A stretch of 64,000 nt of DNA from Camelus dromedarius (Eukaryota). The notes beneath the pieces were generated by a model. That model saw nothing but the letters and a program-made list of their open reading frames with translations, searched no databases and was not told where the DNA came from. The first letter of the stretch is position 1, and each line of letters starts with the position of its first letter. Positions 1 to 13,810 of this stretch are shown here, in pieces. Made by a program: the position numbers and the translations under genes. Where the stretch lies: assembly GCF_036321535.1 (NCBI RefSeq), contig NC_087437.1, forward strand, positions 39,248,001-39,312,000, read 5' to 3'.

Positions 1-1095
1 TATACAGCATTGCTCTCTTTTTGCCAAGGGGTCTGGTCGGCCTCTGGCATTGTATAAAAGCATACACTTCTGTGATTTTTTATCAAAATACGGGTAATTG
101 ATCATAAGTTAATTGTTATTTGCAGTCTGTCTAGCAGACTGAGAAAAGCAGTTCGATTTCTCTAAAACCCTTTGATAACTCCCTAATCACAGACCACCTG
201 ACAGTGCTAAGAGGTGCTTCTCATCACAGGAGACCTTCACCTCCCAGCTGCATACCTGTGATGGGGAAAGACGTCAGCCCTGGTTGGTCTGAGTTTGTCA
301 CTGGGTCCTATAGTCCCAGTGGGTCCATTTCTGGGTTGGGATGGAGAACAGCAGAACCAAGATGCCTCAGGCTTCCCTCTATGTGGGTGTGAGGTCAGGG
401 GCAGGAAGGAAGAGAAACAAGAATAATCCTTGAAAAGGATGCATTTTTACATATGTTTTATATTGTAATTAAGTACACGTTTCTCAGTTATAAATTTCTC
501 TAGTTCCGACAAGCCTACAGATGTGTGACACTTCAAATGTTGCAGCATTCCCAGCAATAGCACAAACCATCCAGTGGAGTCATGGAAAAAAAAAAGTATT
601 TTCTCTGCCTCATGTATATTTCATATTTTTTGAGCATGACCAAAATGACCCATGCTAATTCATCAAAAAATGTTGACAATACTAAGGGAAAAAAAGTGGT
701 TATAAATTGCTTTTCACTGATGAGAGAAAAAGCTGGTTTAAAATAGTTTGTTATGTATCTTTGTGCAAGGTAACTGTAAGCTTTTGCATTTAAATCAGTG
801 ATTAGAAAAGATGGGGTGTCTGTAAAGTTCAAAGGACTAAAAGACCTAAACGAGTTATCTATTTATTTTATATAATTCCTTATATTTTAAATAATCATTA
901 CATTTTGGAGGCTTGACTGAGCACTGGAAACATATTAAAACTGCAGCTGAGAAAATTAGTTTAATGGTAATTCATTAGATGCTGTCCTTATTAATAGTGA
1001 ACTGATTTAATCCCTATTAAGAGCCCTAAGGCACGAGAAAGCAAAATAGCTATGTAAAATCTTAGTGTTCTCAACAGTCAGAAGACACCACAGTT

Positions 1096-1211
1096 CAGTG
1101 TTTCTCAAACTATAATGTACTTAGATCTTGCCAAAATGCAGTTCTCTTTCAGCCTGACAATCTGAATTTCTAACAGGCTCCCAGGGTATAGACCGTAGAC
1201 CACCCTGAGCT
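1096..1211. mobile_element. MER5-like hAT-Charlie MITE remnant
   Basis: cagtgtttctcaaact terminus and internal aatctgaatttctaacaggctcccagg motif. Confidence 0.6.
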
Positions 1212-1349
1212 GAACAGCCTTTTGTTAGCTTTTTCTCTCAGTTCATTTGTCAGATAATTATTTAAGCCCTGGCTAATTAAAGCCATAGCAAGGGGTTACA
1301 AAATGGTGTGATAACCTGCTATTCTCAACATTTTAAACACATTAAAAAA

Positions 1350-3170
1350 AAGACAATTTTACTAAGATGTAATTCACATACCCTACAATTCATCCTTTTA
1401 AAATGTACCATTCAAAGATTTTTATTTTTTATTTTATTTTTTACTGAATGAAAGATTTTTTTAATTATACAGTGCTTTATAATTTTCAAAAGTTCCACAC
1501 ACATGATTTCATATAATCCCTGTGTTGCACAGTACATCCTTGAGCCTACCTTACACCCAGTAGTTTGTATCTCCACCTCCCTCACCCCTACATTGCCCAC
1601 CTTCCCACCACTGGTAACCACTAGTTTGTTCTCTGTATCTGTTAATCTGCTTCTTTTTTGTTACACTCACTAGTTTGTTATATTTTTTTAGATTCCACAT
1701 ATAAATGGATACCATATAGTATTTGTCTTTCTCTGCCTGACTATTTCACTTAGCACAGTGCCCTACAAGTCCATCCATGGTGCTGCAAATGGCAAAATTT
1801 CACTCCTTTTTATGGCTGAGTAGTATTCCATTATATACATACCACATCTTTTTTAGCTATTTATCTATTGATGGACACTTAGGTTGCTTCCATACCTTGG
1901 CAATTATAAATAGCACTGCAATGAACATTGGGGTGCATATATCTTTTCAAATTAGTGTTTTTGTTTTCGGACATATATTAGGGGTAGAATTACTGGGTCA
2001 TATCTGACTTGTACTTTTAGTTTTTTTGAGAAACCCTCATGCTGTTTTCCACAGGGGCTGCACCAATTTACACTTCTACCAACAGTGTATAAGGGTTCCC
2101 CTTTCTTCACATCCTCGCCAACATTTGATATTTGTGTTCTTTTTGATAATAGTCATTCTGACAGGTGTGAGGTGATGTTTCATTGTGGTTTTAATTTTCA
2201 TTTTCCTTGTGATTTGCGATATTGAGCATCTTTTCATACACTTGTTGACCACTTGCGTTTCTTCTTGGGGAAAATATCTATTCAGTTCTTCTGTCCATTT
2301 TTTAATCAAGTTGTTTGTTTTTTTGTTGTTGAGTTGTATGAGCTGTTTATATATGTTGGATATTAACCCCTTACTGGTAAATATTTTCTCCCACTCAGTA
2401 GGCTGTCTTTTTGCTTTGTTGATGGTTTCCTTTGGACGGCTACTTGTAAAAGAATGAAATTAGAACATTCTCTAACACCATATACAAAAAGAAACTCAAA
2501 GTGGGTTAAGGACCTAAATGTAAGATGGGATACTATAAAACTTCTAGAGGAAAACATAGGCAGAGCACTCTTTGACATAAATCACAGCAATATTTTTAAA
2601 AATCTGTCTCTTAAAGCAAAGGAAACAAGAGCAAAAATAAACAAATGGGATCTAATTAAGCACAATGATTTTTTAATGCATTCACAAACATATACAATCA
2701 TTACCACAGTTGATTTTAGAACATTTTTATCACATCAAAAAGAAAACCTGTCCCCTTTAGTATCATCTCCTTATCTCCCCCTGTTCCTCTCTATACCTAA
2801 GCAACCACAAATCTACTCTTTGGCTCTATAGATTTCCCTATTTTGGACATTTGTATGAATGGAATCATACAATATATTTTTTTGATGACTGGCTTCTTTC
2901 ATTTAGTGTAATGTCTTTAAGATTCATCCATATTATAATATGTGTCAGAATTTTCTTCTTTTTTAAGGCTGAATAATCTTCCATTTTATGGGTATACCAC
3001 ATTTGTTTATCCATTTGTCAACTGATGGACATTTTTGGGTTGTCTCCACCTTTGGGCTATTATGAATAATGCTGCTGTCAACATTCATGGGCAAGTTTTT
3101 GTGTACATATTTTCACTTATCTTGAGTATATACCTAGGAATGGGATCACTGGGTAACTCTGTGTATATAT
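1350..3170 (-). mobile_element. Older L1 3' end (L1MA/L1MB-type), split by a younger L1 at 1424-2662
   Basis: taattcacataccctacaattcatccttttaaaatgtac (about 1370-1408) resumes at about 2663 as ttttttaatgcattcaca...ttttagaacatttttatcac...ctactctttggctctatagatttccctattttggacattt, colinear with the antisense L1MB-type 3' UTR. Confidence 0.8.
1424..2662 (-). mobile_element. Younger 5'-truncated L1 with 5' inversion (1424-2433 minus; 2434-2662 plus)
   Basis: T-rich tail at left. Minus-strand ORF2 C-terminal peptides (IKKWTEELNRYF...[10 protein letters not shown]). Plus-strand ORF2 peptide MKLEHSLTPYTKRNSKWVKDLNVR...KINKWDLIK. TSD caaagattttt (1413-1423) / caatgattttt (2663-2673). Confidence 0.9.
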
Positions 3171-4814
3171 TTTGGGAGCTTTTAATTTAAAGAAATAAAT
3201 AAGATTTAGAAATATAACTACTTATGTGGGTATGCATATGGATAGATATATATTAGGCAATTGGCTTCATGAGAAGAGTTCCATGGTTAAATAATTTTTG
3301 GGAACACTGCATACAAAGCTCTCTTAAAGAAACCTAGGCAAAAGAAGAACCATTTAATTTTGTTTAACCCAGTTTCCCAAACATGTTAGAAAGCTTATTT
3401 GGAAATCTTTGAAAGTGAAATAGTTACATCTCAAGGATGTAGTATTTTGTAGAATGCATTTTGAGAAATCACTTAATTCTATGTTGTGGATATAGAAGAA
3501 CTATTGGATGAGGCAAAGAGTATATTCAGGGAACTTGTGAATGATTTGTTTGGGCTAGACAGCAGATGGCTTCAATTCAAGAAGTACATTCTGTAAGTAC
3601 ATGGGAAGGGGTATGGTTTTCAATGGGAGATATTTGAACAGAGAAATAATAGGATGAAACTGTGATTTCTAAATGTTGTTCTGGCCATGATATGGAGAAT
3701 GATGCTGAAAGACAAAAAGATATAGAAATGTTAGGGAGACCATTGAAATGGCCCAGCTCTTGACATTCATAAGATGCATAAAGAAACAGGAACCAGTAAG
3801 CTCTGATGACATACTGGACCCAAGGAAGAAGGGAAATGCCAAAGTCTTTGTAAATAAGGTGATAAATAGTATGGAATAAAGTATAAATAGCAGACATGCC
3901 ACATGCAATATGATAGAAAAAGTACTGAACAGAACCATGACATTCCAACCAGATGTATTAGACTATCTGTATAAAAATGTCTACCATTATAAGAACATCC
4001 AACCCTTTTCTTTTTCATTTCTCACTTGAAATTCTGTCCTTGATTTCTGTGTGTGACCTGCCACAGGCTTTGATATTGCCATCCGGCAGAGCCTGCTCAT
4101 TGTCTTCATTATGGGCCTAGGCTGTTTTAATGCTGATTCCTATTTTTCTTCATTAAACATAAGTTAAGTCAATTTCAAATTAATGAGAGGTGAGATTAAA
4201 GATGAAAACTTCCCCTGAATGTTATCAATTATGTTGTTGGGCACACTACTGAGCACTGCTCAAGTCTGGTTGTATGTACGTTCTCTTTTTGAAGAGGTGA
4301 CCTGCCTTCACTTTGGTTCCTGTTGTTCTACTTACTGTTTTCCTTTTGTTGGATGTCAGTGGAAAATGGAACTGCCAGATGGTTTGCCACAAGTGAGCAA
4401 CAACATTAAAAAAAAACAAAAAACTCTTCATATACAAACAAGTTAGCAAACAAAAAAGAATGTTAGCTTAAAAATAAAAAAACTTTTGCCTAAAACACAA
4501 AAACACAGGCAGAATCTTAGGGTGTTAATTATATACCTTTATTTATATCAAGAGGAGTATGAAAATTATGGGTGATAGTTCTTAAATTAGGTAGATTTAT
4601 GAGTCTCTGAGAGCTGTGCATTGTCAGTGCACAACGTGCAGATAGTCCTGTGGCCAGCATTTTTTCTGCAGTTATAGCTGTTTCAGCCTCCATTCATTTT
4701 GCAAAGTGCTACTCTCCAATATCAGTAAAGATTCGCCCTTGTGGCTCACATGAGTATGAAAATCACTAATGTGGACATCAGGAAACCACTTCGATAACCA
4801 CTGAAAACTCAGAA

Positions 4815-4920
4815 TATATCCCTTCCCTTCCCTGTGCCTCAATTTTCTCATCTGTAAAACAAGACATTTGGGTTGAGAAATCTCAAAGCATCTTCTGGGT
4901 TGTAAATTCCATAACTCAGA
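4815..4920 (+). mobile_element. MIR/MIR3 fragment
   Basis: Core tgtgcctcaattttctcatctgtaaaa. Confidence 0.65.
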
Positions 4921-6148
4921 AAGCATAAACCTACAAATTTCAATGTAATCCAAAAGTTGGAATTCTGTGAAAGAGGCCAGGACGTGATTTCTAGAGGCTG
5001 ATGACAGCGTAAAGACTTCTTCCCTGAACGCCGCAACTTCTCTTTATTAGCCCTCGGGCTACACCGAGAACCTAAGATATCTGATAAGATGTGAGATCGT
5101 ATCAAATTAGAGGATGGAAAAGAGTAAACCATAAGCAGCAATTAAACTTTAGTGGATATAAGCCATGGATCCCACCTGCCTTCTAAGCATAGCTTTAAGA
5201 TAACATCACTTTCCATATAGGTCTTGTTTCTGTGTCTCTAAAGGAAAAAAAAAAGTTCTCTTGGATTCCCACAGCTCCAGCACAGCAGACACCCACCTTA
5301 TATTCAGCATATCCATGTTGAACTTATTGTCATCAATTATTTTTATCAGTAGTCAGTCTAGAGGAAATATTAGATAAGAAAATAAAGCACTGTATTTTAT
5401 TTCCTCAAATAATTCTTTGAATTGCTCAGTTTTAACTTGAGAGAAGTAGCTGCTGTCTCTGTAAATTATACATATATGTTAATAAAAATGTAAGTTCCTT
5501 TTTGTCCAATAAAATGGTTTACATTTTCTGTGCTGAATATCAGGAAATTTTAAACTATATAGGGACATATGATTCTTATTTTAACACAAGAATTAATAAA
5601 AAAATTTTGTCCTGTTTTCTGGGCATACTTGAAACACACTCACATAGTTCAGTTAATATTTATCATAAGTTAAGAAGCATATCAGAAATGAAAAGTAGCA
5701 GTTATAGCTTTAAGGGGATGGTAACCTTTTAAAAAGTCACTTTTCATGAGTTATTTTGAATGTGTTTATAATATTGGCATAAGTAAGGGTTCCAGTGAGG
5801 CCAAACTCCAGAATTTGGAGAGCTAAAGACAACTGGATGTCTTGAAAGTCAACACAAAATCAGTTAGAGTAAGAGTAAACAGATTCAACTCTGTTCTCAG
5901 AGAAACTGGAAATGCCAGCCGCCACCTTAAGTTACCCACAGAGCTTGAAAGAGAGTTTGTCAGTCAAGGGTGGTTAGGCATAAAAATGAAGAAAGAAGAT
6001 AGCTCATCCAAGCATACCCAGGAGAAACGGAGCCTTAAACAACAAACTTGGAGAATTCCAGTTCTGTGTGCCAGCGAATAGGCTAATTTATCTAAGTATC
6101 ATCTAATTCCATTTGTTAGAATTCTGTGATAGATTATTATCTGGTTCC

Positions 6149-6990
6149 TGTATCAGTATCAGCCAGGGTCCATGTAGAAGAGACAGAAACATACAGTAAT
6201 TTGAACATGGGAAGTTTAATACAAGGAATTGTTAATCATAACAGGAGGTTGGAGTAAAGAGGAATTGGCCAGTAAAAAATAATAGAAAACTTGAAAGAAC
6301 ATAGGATTACAACTACTACTCCAGGGCTGAAAACTGGAGCACCCGAGGAAGAAACTCCCCAGGACTGAGACCCAGACATTGTTGGAAAGGGTGTGGTCAT
6401 GGCTCACTGAATGGCAGAGAGGCCACTGTGGGGCCACTCCTGCAGAACTTGCTGGAAATGTGACTTCTGGAACTTGCCTGAAGTCAGCTCCCTAGGGTGC
6501 TGGACAAGACTGTTCACGGAGAGTTGTCTCTTCGAGGGAAGCTGCTGGCTGTTGGTGCTGCTGACCGTCGGTCACTGCAGGAGCCGGGAGCTGAGGAAGC
6601 CACCTGCACCGGAGGAGCTGTGCACAAAGGCAGCATCCTAGTGCTGGAGAAGCCGCCCAGGCTGCAGAGTGTGATGCTGGACAAATAGCCTGCCTTAAAA
6701 TCGGGGCAGTAGGAGAGCCGGCACCCTGCAAGAGCCAGATGCTGGTGAAGATTTCTGTGCTAAGGGAGCCAGGCACTCAAGGAGCTGCATCAGGAACGTG
6801 CCTAGAGAGGGTGCTGCAGCCAGAAAGGGGAACACCTTCCTTTAGTGTGTCTCCCCAGTGCCCTCCACGAGCAAGGCTTAACATCGTGTCTGCTGAGAAA
6901 GGAACATTGCTTAAAAGGCCCAGATCCATTTTCAGAGAGGGCAAAAAAGTGAATTTGGAGCTGGGAAGCAATAAATCAACAATCGGCAAA
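6149..6990 (-). mobile_element. ERVL solo LTR (LTR41/LTR33-like)
   Basis: Left end tgtatcagtatcagccagggtcc...gagacagaaac. Right end reads tgccgattgttgatttattgcttcccagctccaaattcac on the minus strand, as in LTR33/41 starts. Internal repeated (g/a)tgctgga-aag subunits. Confidence 0.7.
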
Positions 6991-7024
6991 AATCCCAATT
7001 ACGCTCATCACTGCAACCGTCCCC

Positions 7025-7428
7025 GCATACGGGAATTATAAACACGTGTTCTTTGCCATGTGTACTTGGGTACTCCCCTGAGGACAAGGTCACTTCCCAT
7101 ATCCTTTGCCAACTTGGTCTTGGGACTTGCTGGGGCCGATAGCGTTCATGTGGAAGTGATACAATGCAGTTCTAAGCAGGATTTTAAATATGAACGTATG
7201 GTTCGGCCCAGTCTCTTGCCTCTCTGCCCTCTGCTGTGAAGAAAGCAAGTCCCAGACAGAGGCTTCTCTTTCATCTGGGTCCCAGGATGAGGTACAGAGC
7301 TGGGTGCAGCCACAGCCAACCTGTAGACTACTAAGAGAAGAAAGAGTATTGATGGTTATACACCCCTGAGGTTTTGTTTTTTTGTTTGTTTGTTTGTTTT
7401 TTTACTGCAACAAAAGCTGACTCATGCA
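7025..7428 (+). mobile_element. ERVL-MaLR LTR (MLT1I/J-like)
   Basis: ggaagtgat...ctgggtcccaggatgag...cccctgaggtttt...tttactgcaacaaaagctgactcatgca ending. Confidence 0.65.
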
Positions 7429-8494
7429 GTTCCCATGCTTGACAAACAACTCTGGATTTTGATTTGGCTAATAATGAGCATGCGGCATAAACATCAGTGT
7501 AAACCATTATGTTATTCTCTGACTTGACATATTCACCTGCCCTAAGAAGACAGAATGAAGTGGCAAGACCTGCCCTTGGATTCAGGAAAGTTCATCTCAG
7601 CAGTGTCAACCTGAGAGAAATCTCGAGAGAGGCAGCTAGCTGGTGTTTGTCAGATGACTTCCCAGCCTAGCTGGGGTATAATTCCCTGGTGGAAGGTTCG
7701 AGACGGAAAGGTTATGGTCCACTGTTTCTTCACTGCTGAAAGCCCCACTACAATGCTGTCACGCTTCTCTCTGCCAGTTTTGATGATCAGCTGTCAAGAT
7801 GATTGTTTACTTCATTTTTCTTTATGGTGATCAAATGTCCCCAGATCAGCTAGGTCCTGAGTTGTGGTTTATCTTTAGATGACTTGCTTTTCTTACCTAG
7901 ACTCAATAGACTTCTGCACAACTTTCTATGGAGGAAATGGCTTTCTGACAAACAGTGTTGTATAAATTCTTCTTCAGCGGTCACTGTACTCTGGCAACTT
8001 CATATTCACAGAGACTTTCTCTTCTCTCGTGGATCTATTTGGAAAAAAAATATATTTTAACTCACTGTTCTACTAACCATTATAACTATAATTGATCTCT
8101 TACCACATTGCTATTAATATTATATTTGGTAATCTCAAGACACCCCCCCCAACCACACACACAAAAGCACACACAGCACACAAAAGCTGCCATCTGAGAT
8201 TAGATACTTCAGCTTTCATTCAGCTGAAAAATCATGCTGCTACTCAATTTTTTTAATTAAAATCAGAAATAATAATTCACATGCTATGATTTTAATCATT
8301 GAATAAAATAATGAGTCAAATACTAACATGTATGTAAAATATACATATAACTAAAGAAAATTTAAATAGTTCTAATACTTAGAGTGTGAGAGATATTCCT
8401 TCCTATGGATATTAAAAAAATACTGGTTAGGGTTTTCAGACTGTATTTCCAGAATAATGATTAGTCCAAGAATTAATTTAAATTAGACAAGTGA

Positions 8495-8700
8495 ATGAAA
8501 GGCATCATGAGGAGACAGAAAAAAGCCTCAAAGTCTAGTCCAGTTTCTGCCATTGTACTTGCTGAATCTCAGTTTTCTCATCTCTAAAGTGAGGATAAAA
8601 TTTATATGTGTCCTACCAGACTCACAGTTTTTTTTTTTAGAATCAAATGAAAATGTATCAGTGAAAAGGATATGTAAATAGTAAAAGTGTTTGTATATGT
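8495..8700 (+). mobile_element. MIR SINE
   Basis: tctcagttttctcatctctaaagtgaggataa core; gaatcaaatgaaa...gtgaaa 3' part. Confidence 0.65.
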
Positions 8701-9239
8701 GAAATTTTGATACTGTGAGATGATCGGTGACTTACTAGATGCTGTATTGGTACCTTCCTAAATCCCATTGAACCTAGAGCCTAGATGGGGTAAGACTTAC
8801 ACAGAAGAGTAATCTTCAACATGTCTCCTACCACGGAAAGAAACACAAGATACTGGGATAGGCCTTAAAGGTAAGAGTAGGTGGAAATGTAATTTCTCCT
8901 TTTTCTGGAGTCATTAAGAACCTAATTATAATTTTGACTATCAGGAAGTATCCTATTCCCCAAAGTCCCATTTAAAAGAAAATGTGGTCAAGCAGTGGAG
9001 ACATTTACTGCAGATAAGCTCCCTAATAATTATATAGTATATCACCAACATGGGAAGAGTCAGAATCGTGGGAAAGAGGCTTAATGTAGATGGAGGTGGG
9101 AGGGGAAGGATGGAGGAAATATCTTCAGCCCACAGCCACCTTCTCTGTGAACTTGCTGGGCTCCATTTTCCCAAGGATCTAGTGAACACTTAGTCTCTTT
9201 GATTCTTCTGGTCCCCTAGCCCTTTGGGCAAACTCTCTG

Positions 9240-9416
9240 TTAGAACTTCACATGGTTTAGGCTATTTGTTTGTTAAATTGTCTGTTTCTCCCATCAGACC
9301 ACAAATGCCTTGAAGTTAAGAATCTTGTCTTAGTCCCCTAGCAGCCCTGACTGATGCCTTGCCCAGGGCCTGGCATGTAGCAGATGCTCAATGACTGTTA
9401 GGACAAGGGGTGAATA
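9240..9416 (+). mobile_element. L2 3' end
   Basis: tgtctgtttctcccatcagac...gcccagggcctggcatgtagcagatgctcaat. Confidence 0.7.
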
Positions 9417-11139
9417 GGCAGAACGTAGATCACCATGAAGTAATAGGAAGAGACAGGATTTAGTAAGGTTTTAATAAGCATTGCTCTTCTTGAACATTAA
9501 GGAACTTTTTTCAAGACACAGGACATTACAAATTTTATATTAAAATTTAATGGAAATATTAGTCCATCAACTTGTAGATATTTTTCCAGTAGACTCCTGG
9601 AAACATGATTCATTTCTAATATCTGAGTTCGTATGTTTATGTTAATGCATTAAAAATAGACTTAAAACAATTATAGATCTTATTCAAAAGATTTTTTATT
9701 TTTTGGAAAAAGGAATGTACTTTTAGACTAGACTACGGTGGAGGAGGAGGTATTGTCAAAGTCAGAGAGGTATGTCCGCTACATAAGCCTAAAGGCTTAG
9801 GAATCTTCGTCATAATATACAGAATAGTTGAGTTATTTTGTAAAAGAAGAGTAACTTTTAAAGTTGTTTGGATTGAACATATTCTAAATTATAACATGGT
9901 ATTAACTTTCTTTTTTTTTTAGCTGTCTTAGAGATAATATGAAACTCTCAAACATGTTTTAGTATTTTTAAGGTAGCTTAACTATTAACTATCTGTAAAT
10001 GGGTCACCCCGTTCTTAATCTTAAGCATGACAAAAAGGTGTATGTAATCCTTGAATGCGCTTACAAGAAATGTTAGGAGGCACACTATAGCTGCCAGGCT
10101 GTAGAGATTTGACTTTCAGTGGAAATGTTTGGTAAGGTAAATCTTACGTTGTCCATTACCTTGACTGCTATGTGGTATAAATTCTTTGCCTGCTAATCAC
10201 AAATCGCAAGATCTGGGAAATGGAGCTCCCTAGAATAGGCTATATATTTTTTATTGCCATCTCGAATCAAGCTGATGTCGTTTATCATGAGAGAACTAAT
10301 AAAAGTCACATTCTGTATTGAAACATCCCTGTATTTTATGGACCCGTCTGATATACCCTTAATAAAGTTATAAAACAATCCATAATAGATTTTGCAAGAA
10401 ACTCAGATCTGCCAGCCAGTACTCTCATTAACAGCCCAATTTGAAGCACTACTTTAGGCATGATTATCTGCAAAATGTTAGTGGGATTGTTTAATATTAA
10501 AAGACTAGCTGAAGGGTCAGGAAGCTCAATTATTTAAAAAATCCAGTTAAATTGCTACTTAGAGTAATTTAACAAACAAAATTGCATTTTGTTCTTATTT
10601 TCAAAGTACAGACTTGTATCCATTTCCTCAAATACATAGTTCATTGAAAATGCCAGTGTTTCTAAGTGATTCTGCATGAGAGGAAATAGTGGATTAACAT
10701 AGAAATACCCCTTAGCTTGTTAACACGCAAATGCATTCCGAATGACACCATGCTCACACGATGTTTGCCCATTTGACTGTACTTTATAAAACAAAAAGAC
10801 CAGAGCCTTTACCTGACCTAATGTTCGCAGAATGGACCAACAGTGGGCAAATTCATCATATGTACTTGTCTTTTCCATATAATTGTCTTTTTTACTGACT
10901 CCTCTCTCTAGGGAGGGTCTCCTTTGTTGGGCCTCAGACATGTACACAAAAGTGTTTACTTACCTAGACTTTCCTGCCTTAAAAAAAGATGTTAGAAAAT
11001 TAAAACATGAGGTAATCATCAAAAAGAAGGAGACAGTACCTTTGTTGTGAAGGAAAGTTCTCAGGCTGTGTGAATCCTTGTGTGTATGTGGCAAGTGTAC
11101 GTGTGGGTGTTAGGCCTGGTACTGAAAATATCTTGAGTG

Positions 11140-11300
11140 AACTTACAGCAAATTATTAAGAATATGGCTTCAAGATCTGGGAGGATAGGGGAGGGCAGTC
11201 AAAAAGGGAGAGGTTTTATTTTCATTTGTTTCTCTATACTGTTTACATTTTTTTTTTTTTTGCCTCGAGCATGGAACATTTTGTAATAAAAACAAAACAT
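11140..11300 (+). mobile_element. Ancient L1 (L1ME-like) 3' end fragment
   Basis: gagaggttttattttcatt...ctatactgtttacattttt...gagcatg...ttttgtaataaaaa pattern. Confidence 0.45.
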
Positions 11301-13489
11301 TTTCAAAATGGCACAATTCAGTTCCCTTAAGCCTCACTGTATTTTACATCCAGTAAAAATATTCAAACCAAAAAGTTGATGAATATACACTATTAAATTG
11401 AAAACATGCAAGCAAATTTTCATTGATAGTTAATTACAATGACAGGAAATCCAGGCCATAGTTACTAGACTACTAGGACTCACAGTGGACTTAACAACAA
11501 TTAAAAAAGCCGGAAAGGGACTTTATACACTTTCTGCTAGTTATCCTTCTCTGCTGCACACATTAGTGGAACTTTCGCTAATATTCAGTCTTCATTATAC
11601 AGCTTAGACGTCAGACACCATTTACCATTGTATGTTTTGGGCATTAAGTTTGGCAACATACTCAGTTCTTAGTATGTCAGTCGAGCCATTAAAGCCATTT
11701 TGGATTGGTTTTTAAGGTTTGGAATTGCAGAATTTGAATATTAATAATGTATTCTTGTTCATTATTATTAGTTTCTAAATCACATGTCTAACTGTTGAAT
11801 CTATTTGCTTTAGTGTTCTGATCGTTTATCCAAAATTATTTTAAATTCCCAAAGATCATTAGACCAGATGTAGGGCAAAGTTACAAACATATATTTAAAA
11901 TCAGTTCTCCTCCGGCATTCATTGGCTGTCCTCATTGTTTCATCCCTAATGATTACCTAATCCTGCCTGAGACAAGGAGGGCAAGATGAGATAAATTAAC
12001 ATCCTGGGCTCCTGGGTACAATTCAGTCAATGACAGTTTTACTTGCCCTGCAGAGACAATCTAGTTTCCTTGGAAGTATTACTTATTTTACTCATGGAAG
12101 ATGGTGTGCTCCCGTACCTTACCATGAAGGGTAGGAATTACAGAACCTGTTTTTCACTTTGATGTATCTGTTTGCTTTTTTGGATATTGCTCCTGGGTTA
12201 TTACTGTAACTGTTACATTTCAAGCACTAGTTTATATGATATCTCTATATGCCAAGCCGCACCTGGACTCTTCAAATTACACTCTGTGTATGACTCACTC
12301 CCATTTGTTATTGTCACGGTATTCTCTATGAGCAAACCTGCAATATATTTTTAAAATTTTGTTGCTCAGTTAATGCTAATTTTAGCTTGTTATTTTCAAT
12401 TTTAAAGGAGTCAGAAACACTTTCTTTCAGGGTAATGACACCCTTTCAGGATGATTTCAGGATTTATTTTCATATCTTGGTTGCAATTCTTTTTCTAAAG
12501 CTAGAAAAGAATAATTTAGGATCATTTAGGAGGATCCATCAAATGATTTATAATTTGGAAGCCCTTAATCCAGGCATTATTTTTTTTGACATAAATGAAA
12601 ACATTAACCAAATTTTGTAAGAATGTCCTGCTTTAATGAACTTATTCTTTTTAATGAAGGCAATTTATTAAAGGCATTACTCAATACTTATTTGTTTTAT
12701 AACATGTATTATATAAATAAATGTATACATAAAACATATTTTTGATTAATGTATACCAAAACTTGGTTCAGGAAATGTAATCCATATTTTCTTCTTCTCT
12801 GGCAAGTAAGCAATATGAAATATGATCATAATAAAATAACTTAAGGGATTTAATGGCATAAAATCCTCCCTTTTTATAGTGAGGTTAATGAGATGGTGGG
12901 CTAAGCCTCTCCAGGTAGACATGGGGAGTTTCTTGACCTGGTTGAGGATCAAAATCTGTTCTCATCCTGGCTGAGTTTTGGTGTACTGGTTGACAATGTG
13001 TACTCCACTAAAATATCAATCAAAAAATTCTGGGCCCCATGGCTGGGTAGGACTTCAAGCCATGGATAGTTACAATTATTTCCAGGAGTGTCCCTGCAGA
13101 TGGCTGCCATGGACACTGGGCCAGGTGACTATTGGGGTCACAGTAAGAAAATCATTACACTTATTGTACAAACTAGGATACTTTGGAGAATAAAGGGTGG
13201 AGGGCTACTTAAGTAATTAAAATTTTATAGTTTTAAGTATTAAACATACAAAAAGCATTATATGCCATAAAATGTGTGTGATTTATAACACACAGTAAAT
13301 GAAAAACACCAGAGTAGTAAGGACATTCATACTCCTCTCGCTAAGCGCTGCGGCAGGACTTTTCAGCCTCCCGTGAATGAGCCTGTGATTTCCCTGGGTA
13401 TCCACCGACCCTGTCAGCTGAGGGCCTGCTGAAGCAAAGGGACTGTTGGAGTCAATCTCCTGTAGAATTAGAGAACAAGATGACTGTGG

Positions 13490-13810
13490 CTGATACATGG
13501 GTTACATCTCCTTCTTATGGAATTGTTGGAAGAATTAAATTGAATGGGATAATACGTGCAAAATGCCTACTGTCCCGCCAGTCTGAGTGCCCGAAGAATG
13601 TTAGCTTCTTTGTCCTTTGTTCACCGCTCACTGCACACTCGCACCAAATTCACACAAACTCCCTTCACCTTGTCTTTTTATGGTTAGTGGTTCTCGTGTC
13701 TGTCTTTCTAGACTCAAAACTCCCTGTGTACAGGCCCCCTTTCATGCATCTTTTTGTCGACCCAGGGCCCAGCACACTGTTGGAGCACAGAAAATAAATG
13801 TTGGCGAATT
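13490..13810 (+). mobile_element. MIR 3' fragment followed by L2 3' end
   Basis: ttgttggaagaattaaattgaatgggataatacgtgcaaaatgcct; then ctagactcaaaactcc...cccagggcccagcacactgttggagcacag...aataaatgttggcgaattga. Confidence 0.6.

Noticed and set aside
1777..2831. ORFs with recognisable protein-like sequence (also 18262-19102 and 48942-49278)
   Set aside because: They are broken L1 ORF2 fragments or their antisense frames, not host genes.
6216..7041. Dense ORFs on both strands
   Set aside because: They fall within an LTR whose higher GC content reduces stop codons.
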